Source: a virus (Duplodnaviria; Caudoviricetes). Taken from it: a stretch of DNA of 51,630 bases. Shown here in pieces: positions 38,353-45,794 of this stretch (positions are counted from its first letter, which is position 1; every line of letters starts with the position of its first letter). Position numbers and translations under genes: made by a program. The stretch spans positions 1-51,630 of the IMG/VR virus record IMGVR_UViG_3300033153_003505, one strand, 5' to 3'. A model generated the notes under the pieces. It ran no database searches. It was given only the letters and a program-made list of their open reading frames with translations, and was not told the origin of the DNA.

Positions 38353-40118
38353 AATTCGAATTAAAAAATGTAGATGAATTCCAAATTGAAGTTACGGGAT
38401 ATTGTAACGCGGCCTGTCCTCAGTGTCCGCGTAATCTCAATGGTGATCAAGAGAATCCACATCTACAAAAAGAACATCTGTCACGCGATATAATTGACAG
38501 AGCGTTTACGCCCGAGGTATGCCAGCACTTACGACAAATATTCTTTTGTGGTAACTACGGCGATCCAATCATGCATCCAAAGCTATTAGATATAATGGGT
38601 GACTTCATGAAAAAGAATGCAGACATTAATATTTACATGCACACAAACGGTGGAGCACGTACTCCTAAGTGGTGGGCTAAACTTGCAAAAGTAATTGGAC
38701 CTAACGGGCGCGTCGGATTTAACATAGACGGTCTTAAAGATACAAATCACATATACCGCTGCAATACGGACTTTAAAAAGATTATGGCTAACGTCAGAGC
38801 ATTTATCAAAGCTGGTGGTCGTGCTGAATGGAACTTTATTGTTTTTAAACATAACGAACACCAAGTACTTGAAGCTGAACAGCTTGCTAAGAAAATGAAG
38901 TTTGAAACATTTAATAAACGTGCCACTGGTCGTTTCCTAGATTACAATAACTTTATAGAACTTGACAGTTATCCAAAGCATAATAAGGATGGCGAGTTGG
39001 AATATCATATCGAGATTCCAACTGAAATTAAAAACAGAAACAGTAGCATGGTGTTCTTACCAAAGTTAAAAGAAAAACACGATCATTACTTAGGCGAATA
39101 CTTTAGCAATACAGAAATTAGCTGTGACTCATTATGTAGACACCATGGCAATGCTCACGGTAAAGTCGAAAAGAGCAAACTGTTAATTACATCAAACGGT
39201 CTTGTACTCCCTTGCAACTTCTTTAATCACAACTTAGTCGATGCACGTTTTCATAATAGAGATATTGTGCCGGGCGCAAACGATATGAGCTTTTTACCCA
39301 ATGGTAAAAATCAAGTCCGGGATTTTCTAGACCAGCATAACGCAACTACAGAGATGAATATAAATTATACATCGCTTAAAGACGTTATGCATAATGCGTT
39401 TTGGGATGAGCTTGTAGAGAGTTTTGATAAGACACTAGACACAGGTCGTATATTTGAATGTGCATTAACATGTGGCAAAGACTTTTATAAAGTATGGGAT
39501 CAAGTACACTTCCAACAAAAATCATACTTAGTTACAGGTGGTGGGAGCGGGTTAGGTTTAGAATTAGTACATCACTTTAAAGGTGTTAACATCTCTCGCT
39601 CTAATGCAGATATAGAAGGTGACATTACTAACCGCGAAGACATAGAACGTATTGCAGAGGAGTCACTTAACTACGATGTGTTTGTTAACAATGCATTTGA
39701 TGGTCCGGCTGGTGAACCACATGTAAACTTCGGGCAGGTTAACTTGCTAACAGCAGTATTTGATAAATGGAAAGCGGCGGGCAAGGAAGGACACATTATT
39801 AATATTGGCAGCACAAGCGCCACCGAAATTGTTGCACCTGACCCAACGTTCGAACGCTATAGAGTTACAAAGGCAGCGTTAATACATGCAAGCAAACAAT
39901 GTACTGCGGCGTTTAAAGAAAACCAGGTACTATTCAAGACTACAGTTATTAACTTTGATAGACTTGACACTCCGCTGAGTAGGAGTCGCGATAATTGGAC
40001 TGGCAACGGTACGCCGTTAACGGATATAATTAAACAAATTGAAATGATCACAGACATGCATCCTAATACTTGCATAGAAGAACTTACAAGCTGGGTGAAT
40101 AGGGATTATTCCGAATGA
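38349..40118 (+). CDS. Radical SAM (SPASM/twitch) protein fused to a short-chain dehydrogenase/reductase
   Basis: N-terminal CNAACPQC, CGNYGDP and LPCNF...CALTC. C-terminal LVTGGGSGLG, DVFVNNA, IINIGS and YRVTK (YxxxK). Confidence 0.85.
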   Translation: MKFELKNVDEFQIEVTGYCNAACPQCPRNLNGDQENPHLQKEHLSRDIIDRAFTPEVCQHLRQIFFCGNYGDPIMHPKLLDIMGDFMKKNADINIYMHTNGGARTPKWWAKLAKVIGPNGRVGFNIDGLKDTNHIYRCNTDFKKIMANVRAFIKAGGRAEWNFIVFKHNEHQVLEAEQLAKKMKFETFNKRATGRFLDYNNFIELDSYPKHNKDGELEYHIEIPTEIKNRNSSMVFLPKLKEKHDHYLGEYFSNTEISCDSLCRHHGNAHGKVEKSKLLITSNGLVLPCNFFNHNLVDARFHNRDIVPGANDMSFLPNGKNQVRDFLDQHNATTEMNINYTSLKDVMHNAFWDELVESFDKTLDTGRIFECALTCGKDFYKVWDQVHFQQKSYLVTGGGSGLGLELVHHFKGVNISRSNADIEGDITNREDIERIAEESLNYDVFVNNAFDGPAGEPHVNFGQVNLLTAVFDKWKAAGKEGHIINIGSTSATEIVAPDPTFERYRVTKAALIHASKQCTAAFKENQVLFKTTVINFDRLDTPLSRSRDNWTGNGTPLTDIIKQIEMITDMHPNTCIEELTSWVNRDYSE

Positions 40119-41116
40119 ACATAGCAATGGACCACTGGCATATAGAATTAAGCAGTAAGTGCCCACTAAAGTGTCCGCGGTGTCCGCGACTTGAAGTAGC
40201 AGAGTCATTGTTAAACAAACAACTAACACTAGACTTCTTTAAAGAACACGTTGGTGTTGACGTTATAAAGAACATTCAGAAGATTACATTGTGTGGCAAC
40301 GACGGCGACCCTATATATTGCACAGATTTAATTAATATCATTAAGTGGTTTAAAGAATGTAATCCAGATATAATGATTGTCATTGTAACAAACGGTAGCA
40401 ATAAACCAAAGTGTTGGTGGCGCGAGCTTGCACTTACACTAGATGAACATGACGAGATTCATTGGAGCATCGATGGGTTTGACGATATGTCAAACAACTT
40501 GTATCGTGTTAACTCAAATTGGAAAACTATTATTGACGGGGCAGAGGCATTTATTGATGCTAACGATACAACATACACGGTCTGGGCTGCAATTGCATTT
40601 AGTTTTAATCAGGATCGCTTAAAACAAATGACAGAGATGGCTAACGAAATGGATTTTGATGCATTCCAACTAACCAAAAGTACAAAATTTGGCAGTATGC
40701 ACTCTAGATACCCGCGGCGTGATTTCTTAGAGCCACGTAAAGAATTTGTTTCGTCATCGGGTCGCTTTGAGCGTGACTGCATAGCGTTATCAAATAAAGA
40801 ACGCCCAGACCAAAGTATAAAAAAGACTTTTAGGATACGAAAAGACGAATTAATATTTTCTAACGACGCAGGAATATGTATGATAGGCAACAAAGGCTTA
40901 TTTTTAAATAGTCGCGGTGAGCTGTATCCGTGTTGTTGGGTTGCAAATAGATTTGAACACAACGACCCGTGGTCAAACAATGCACTTAACTTATATAACG
41001 AGCCAGTTAGTAAACTTGCAACTTGGTACGATGATTTGATTTTTACATCAGCGGAATGTGTAGCTAAATGTACAAGGGCAAAACTTGCTGATGATGATCA
41101 CACGTTAGAATGGTGA
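40115..41116 (+). CDS. Radical SAM protein with SPASM/twitch-like C-terminus
   Basis: CPLKCPRC, CGNDGDP, LYPCCW and ECVAKC. Paralog of the preceding N-terminal domain. Confidence 0.88.
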   Translation: MNIAMDHWHIELSSKCPLKCPRCPRLEVAESLLNKQLTLDFFKEHVGVDVIKNIQKITLCGNDGDPIYCTDLINIIKWFKECNPDIMIVIVTNGSNKPKCWWRELALTLDEHDEIHWSIDGFDDMSNNLYRVNSNWKTIIDGAEAFIDANDTTYTVWAAIAFSFNQDRLKQMTEMANEMDFDAFQLTKSTKFGSMHSRYPRRDFLEPRKEFVSSSGRFERDCIALSNKERPDQSIKKTFRIRKDELIFSNDAGICMIGNKGLFLNSRGELYPCCWVANRFEHNDPWSNNALNLYNEPVSKLATWYDDLIFTSAECVAKCTRAKLADDDHTLEW

Positions 41117-41647
41117 TTAACTGTAGTAAAAATCAGTTATGTTAAACTCAGTAAACAGTTTATCTATAAGTTTTGTTAGTTTTCTAGATTTTGGATAAGC
41201 AGGAACTTTCTTCTTAGGATACTTTGCTTTGAAGAGTTTAATCATTTTATTATAAGATGATTTTTTAATTTTTGGTACTTTAGGTACCTCGCTAGGATGA
41301 ATGTAATAATTATCATCCTCGCAATACGCGCCAGCTTCTAAGTAGTCAGCTAGGTTGCGTAAGAACGATGGGAGATCAGTTGGGTGCTTAGATACATCAG
41401 CACCAAAGTATCGCTTCCAGTTATTTGTTATCTTACCTTCCATTGCGTTAGCACGGAATTCGATAGCATTGCGAATAGTACCTTTATCTTCTGCATAAGG
41501 TTCAGCCTTTAGTTTATGTATATGATCTAAAGCTGTCTTATCCAAAGGCACAGGTACGCCAAGTAAAGGACAAATTTTATTATTTTGCTTGTGGAGTTTT
41601 TCTTTAAGGACCTTAATGTCCTTTGTTTTAAGCTCTATATATGGCAT
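41117..41647 (-). CDS. Endonuclease VII-like (His-Me finger) nuclease
   Basis: QNNKICPLL...ALDHIH...GTIRNAIEFRANAMEGKI matches the gp49 pattern (LDHDH...GKVRGLLC..CNAAEG). The start is set at ATG 41647, after a TATAAATA box. Confidence 0.75.
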   Translation of the reverse strand: MPYIELKTKDIKVLKEKLHKQNNKICPLLGVPVPLDKTALDHIHKLKAEPYAEDKGTIRNAIEFRANAMEGKITNNWKRYFGADVSKHPTDLPSFLRNLADYLEAGAYCEDDNYYIHPSEVPKVPKIKKSSYNKMIKLFKAKYPKKKVPAYPKSRKLTKLIDKLFTEFNITDFYYS

Positions 41648-41650
41648 ACT

Positions 41651-41686
41651 GATATTTATAGTGGTGCAACAACGACTATAAATATC
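41651..41686. promoter_or_regulatory. Divergent pair of perfect T4-type late promoters within a 12-bp inverted repeat
   Basis: GATATTTATAGT-12 nt-ACTATAAATATC. TATAAATA occurs on the minus strand at 41653-41660 and on the plus strand at 41677-41684. Confidence 0.75.
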
Positions 41687-41689
41687 GAC

Positions 41690-42270
41690 ATGTTGTACAC
41701 TCCGCGAAGGGGTATACATCTAGGACGTTACAGACACCCAGTCAAAATGCACCCAGGAGCGGTGTGGGAAAATTCAGAACCCTTTGGAAGTTTATTGATT
41801 TAGCCTAAACACTATTGAAAGCCTTGGCGCAGGCGGTTAACATGCGCTGGTAACTCCTTCCTGATGTGAGAAGGTAGCCTAAATGCTCCGGGCAATAGCG
41901 GAGTTAACAGTCACTAACCGTGCCAACGGCTGACGATGCAATATGCCTTCCATATAATGCGTTTGACTGTGAAAAGAAATCAATTATGGGAAATAGTGTT
42001 TAGGCTAAATGATGACGGCTCTGCTAGAAAAAGAATGCAACCGTCGACCCTTACTTTGCTGGTGATCACAACGAGGTGAAGTAAAGGTTCCGTTGTGAGA
42101 GTCGGACATAGGAGGTAGCGGGCGACCGCCTTCGTGTTATTAATAATAACAATTGTCTATCGTGTGGGTGTTAACAGTATATCGTTAACATTGGTGAAAA
42201 AGTTCTAGGTCAACTAGTAAATCTCCAAAACAGAAAATATTTTTTTGTTTTTTGGCCCGCCTTAGGTGGG
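41690..42270 (+). ncRNA. Candidate large structured non-coding RNA, family unknown
   Basis: No convincing ORF, a late promoter immediately upstream, nested long-range helices including a perfect 19-bp stem (41798-41816/41992-42010), and G-U pairs that work only on the plus strand. Confidence 0.6.
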
Positions 42271-42468
42271 TGGAGTATGACTCCTTGTTCAGGTCAATCA
42301 GTTCTACTAGATAAACAGTAAATTTATTCTTTCCTAACGAATTAATACTAACTTAGCGTAAGCAGATATGAGTTTGTGTAGCGATAGCGTAACAAACGAA
42401 TAGATTTGCAAAAGCAAATCTCCCACAATGAGACTACATTGTCACTGTTATGACTAAAGGATCTGGTG

Positions 42469-42699
42469 TTAAAAGAAGGGTAAACCTGATTTCTTTGTAA
42501 GTTCTAGGTTTTCTTTGGATATGTTAGCAATCATTTCACGTTCACTAAGACTCATATTAAGCACGTCATGATATTGAACACCACCACGCATTGCCCAAGA
42601 CAATTTTAACGACTCATCGCGTATAGAGGCCGCTTCTTTATCTAGTTGATCAACAAAATTGGAAATTTCTTCAGAATTCAGGATTAAGAGTCTTGCACG
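42469..42699 (-). CDS. Frameshift-accessed C-terminal extension of the gp26-like chaperone (gp51/GT-like)
   Basis: Open frame of 76 codons, RARLLILNSEEISNFVDQLDKEA...WAMRGGV...KENLELTKKSGLPFF. It has no ATG near its start and begins at a T TTT TTC slippery site. Confidence 0.65.
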   Translation of the reverse strand, partial: RARLLILNSEEISNFVDQLDKEAASIRDESLKLSWAMRGGVQYHDVLNMSLSEREMIANISKENLELTKKSGLPFF

Positions 42700-43526
42700 A
42701 AAAAAGATGTCATATCCAGTGTAAACGGTTGCTCGTATTCATGTCTGCATTCTTCTTCAAAGCATTTAATCTTAAGTGGCTTTAGAGCCTCAGATGTTTT
42801 TTGTGTAATAACTGCTTTCTTAATTTGTTTGAATATTTCGTTATTACAATTTTCTAAAAACTCTAGGATATATTTTTCGCTATCACATGTAGTGCTAGGT
42901 GTTGTAATTGACTTAATGTTTTTAGCTAGTGTTGCAATGGTGTATTTAGATACCTTTTTAAATGCGTCGGACAATAATTTAACTTGTTCATCTGCATCCA
43001 TCTCCGAGTCTGCTATAATGTTTGACATTTTTTCTTCTTCAAATTGTAATTTATTATTTTCATTCAAGTCTTTATAAACCATTGGCTTAAAGAAAATAGT
43101 TAAATCACCTAGCGTTAACGGCTTAGAATAATCAGGATATTCAACTGATTCAATTATTACTCTTAAATCTAATGAGAAACTATGTTCTTCTTTACATTTA
43201 GGGCAAGTAGTATCTATATCCATTTGATGACCGAAGCTTGCAATTCGAATTGCAGCTAGTACCGCAGTGATATCTGTAATTGGCATCTGCCACGGGTCTT
43301 TGATAGATGGAATACAACTTTTAATAACGTCAACAATAGCCGATCCGTTAAACAATGCGTCAGGCGTTTTATAAGTAATTTCGTCTAACGCTGTCATTGG
43401 GTAAACTGGCAATTCATTTGTCTCAGGCATTTCAAGTGACCCGGCAGCATAGTATTCACCTTTGCTTGGCAACTCTAAATGAATTGCTGGACGTCTAAAG
43501 TATTCTGATAAGGGATTTTCGCTCAT
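42684..43526 (-). CDS. Baseplate hub / tail assembly chaperone, T4 gp26-like
   Basis: NPLSEYFRRP..LELPSKG, VYPMTALDE, AIRIASFG, CPKC and a C-terminal C....C. The start is set at ATG 43526, with a GGAAA Shine-Dalgarno sequence and TATAAATA at 43558-43565. Confidence 0.8.
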   Translation of the reverse strand: MSENPLSEYFRRPAIHLELPSKGEYYAAGSLEMPETNELPVYPMTALDEITYKTPDALFNGSAIVDVIKSCIPSIKDPWQMPITDITAVLAAIRIASFGHQMDIDTTCPKCKEEHSFSLDLRVIIESVEYPDYSKPLTLGDLTIFFKPMVYKDLNENNKLQFEEEKMSNIIADSEMDADEQVKLLSDAFKKVSKYTIATLAKNIKSITTPSTTCDSEKYILEFLENCNNEIFKQIKKAVITQKTSEALKPLKIKCFEEECRHEYEQPFTLDMTSFFVQDS

Positions 43527-43594
43527 GTAATAGTTTCCATAAATAGTTAAGTACATCTATTTATACGCACAGAAAAGCAGGGTTAAAATATCAC

Positions 43595-45730
43595 ATGGCA
43601 GATACCGAAGAACAAATTGAAAAGTTAGAAGAATTAATCGAAATGTACGAGAAAATGACTCGTACAGGCGAATCAGGAATTGACGCTCAGGTTAAACTAT
43701 GGCTATCAACTTCTAGAGCTGGACAATCAGTTACCGCGCTTGGCGACGCTGCAGGAAAAGCTACAAAAGGTCTTAAAGACTCTGCAAAATCCATAGGAGG
43801 ATCCACTGGTAATTTCAATGATTTAACGGCTGCGGTAACAGGTGTTATTGGAGCAGTATCGGGACTACTAGGAAAAATACCAGTCATTGGCGGTATCATT
43901 GAAGGCCTTGGAGATGCGGCACAAGAGTTAGCACAGTTTACAATTAGCCAAACGCAATCAGGTTTTGATTCGTTCCAACAATTATCAAAAGCAGGACAGA
44001 TTGGCGCTGACGGCGTAACTGGGTTAGCCAGATCAATTGACGAAGCTGGTATACCACTTCAAACTTATGCAAAATTATTAACTTCAAATTCAACGGCATT
44101 AGCTTACTTTAATACATCTGCTCTTAAAGGTGGCAAGTCGTTTGGTAAGTTGATGACGGAAATGCAAGATGGACAAGGTCATATGCTTCGTAATCTAGGC
44201 TTTAGCTTAGAAGAGATTGGCGAAACAGCGATCGGTTATCAGACTTTACAACAACGTTTAGGTTTTGCCCAAGAGATGGATCAAGACAAACTAGCTAAGT
44301 CTGCCGCATCGTACGGTAAAGAATTAGATATCATATCAAAATTGACAGGCGAATCAAGAAAAGACATCCAGGCTAAACGTATGGATCAATTACGAGATTC
44401 AAGATTTGCTGCCTATCTTAGAACACTTAACGACGAAGAAAGAGAACGTGTGATAAAAACCGCAGCAAATATGGCGCTAATTGGTGATGAGGCTGGTAAA
44501 GCGTTCCGTGGCGCAGCAACAGGATTTGTAACAGGTGACGCTGAACGACAGGCAATGGTAGCTGGAACGTACGACACAATGCGAGAAATTCATAAGCAAT
44601 CACTAGATGGAACTGCAAACTTTGCAAAGACAGCAAATCAAATGAAAGACGCTAGTGCTATTGCGGCTGACAGATTCATGGGATTGGTTAGTGCGGTTGG
44701 TGATACAGGCGTAATTGGTGCATTTAGTGAAATTGACAAAATTGCAAGAATGAATGTTAAGGAGCAAGAAGCGGCCATTGCAGCACAAAAAGCACAAACT
44801 AAAACTACTAAAGAAGGTGGTGATAAAGCAACTAATGCCTTAACTAAATCAATGACAACGATGCAAAAAACAACAGCAGAAATGAATGGAATGTTTATAG
44901 CAACAAAGCTAGGTACAGAAGGAATAGAATTGTTTACTGACACTTTAGCTGCATCTGTTGATATGATTGCTACAGCATTTGGCGTTGATACTGCTACAGA
45001 AAGAAAAGAAAAGCGCGCGAAAATTATTAGTGATGCCGCAGCTGGCAATAGATACAGTTTAGGCCTAGGGAAGGGCGAGACTGGGAAAATATCAGCTAGC
45101 CAGTCACCGGAGTTACAAAAGGCGTTAGCTGATATCAAACGTCTTGAAGATGATGCAGATGATGATGATGGTATGTCAGCAGCAGATATAAAGTTATTAA
45201 GAAAAGCCAGAGAGACCGTTGAACGATCATCAGTTAAAGTTGACGACCTTATTAAGGAATTAGTACCAAATGCTGGCTTAGGGGGATGGAACGTCAAACG
45301 TCGTTTGGGTCTAGGTGATGACGATTATATATTACCGTCTCAGGCAGCCTTACTTAAAAAGGCATTCAAAGCCGCGGTTGAGAAAGGTGACATCGTAATG
45401 AACGATGGTAAGATGAAAAGTGCCGCACCTTCAGTTAGAACTGCATTTGATCGTACTATGGGAGCAGACATTGTTCAATCAGGCCCGGGTGACGCGACAA
45501 GTCCTACTCGAAGCAGACCGCAAGAGTTAAAATCACAGCAAGACGCATTAGACGCGGCGTTGCAACAAACTATTACAGCCGCTGATGCTGATGGCCACCG
45601 ATCAGACCAAGAAAAACAAAGTATTCTAGCATTAACAAAAGTCCTTAAGGGTATTCAAACAGAAATGAATGGCTTGAAGAGGTTAACTGAAGATGGTAAT
45701 AATGATAGAAAACGCGGCCTAAGAGATTAA
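43595..45730 (+). CDS. Tape measure-like protein
   Basis: 711 aa, Ala/Gly/Gln-rich and probably helical, with a hydrophobic GVIGAVSGLLGKIPVIGG stretch. It is adjacent to the chaperone gene. Confidence 0.6.
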   Translation: MADTEEQIEKLEELIEMYEKMTRTGESGIDAQVKLWLSTSRAGQSVTALGDAAGKATKGLKDSAKSIGGSTGNFNDLTAAVTGVIGAVSGLLGKIPVIGGIIEGLGDAAQELAQFTISQTQSGFDSFQQLSKAGQIGADGVTGLARSIDEAGIPLQTYAKLLTSNSTALAYFNTSALKGGKSFGKLMTEMQDGQGHMLRNLGFSLEEIGETAIGYQTLQQRLGFAQEMDQDKLAKSAASYGKELDIISKLTGESRKDIQAKRMDQLRDSRFAAYLRTLNDEERERVIKTAANMALIGDEAGKAFRGAATGFVTGDAERQAMVAGTYDTMREIHKQSLDGTANFAKTANQMKDASAIAADRFMGLVSAVGDTGVIGAFSEIDKIARMNVKEQEAAIAAQKAQTKTTKEGGDKATNALTKSMTTMQKTTAEMNGMFIATKLGTEGIELFTDTLAASVDMIATAFGVDTATERKEKRAKIISDAAAGNRYSLGLGKGETGKISASQSPELQKALADIKRLEDDADDDDGMSAADIKLLRKARETVERSSVKVDDLIKELVPNAGLGGWNVKRRLGLGDDDYILPSQAALLKKAFKAAVEKGDIVMNDGKMKSAAPSVRTAFDRTMGADIVQSGPGDATSPTRSRPQELKSQQDALDAALQQTITAADADGHRSDQEKQSILALTKVLKGIQTEMNGLKRLTEDGNNDRKRGLRD

Positions 45731-45768
45731 AACTGAGTAAGTAAATACCTAGATGTATCCCATTAGTA

Positions 45769-45776
45769 CATAAATA
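45769..45776 (+). promoter_or_regulatory. Late promoter-like box CATAAATA upstream of the portal gene
   Basis: 18 nt before ATG 45795. Confidence 0.55.
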
Positions 45777-45794
45777 GCATAAAGAGAATCATAT

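Noticed and set aside
41585-41803. 72-aa plus-strand ORF overlapping the start of the structured element
   Set aside because: It overlaps the nuclease gene antisense, begins upstream of the plus-strand promoter, and has no Shine-Dalgarno sequence.
41798-42010. The 19-bp inverted repeat as IS/MITE ends or an invertible segment
   Set aside because: No transposase or recombinase is nearby, there is no clear target-site duplication, and the repeat is nested within other helices, as expected for an RNA fold.
41690-42460. CRISPR array, tRNA, tmRNA or group I/II intron as the explanation for the non-coding region
   Set aside because: There are no regularly spaced direct repeats, no cloverleaf or T-loop, no recognisable intron core, and no interrupted host gene. 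A covariance-model search is still needed to exclude divergent versions.
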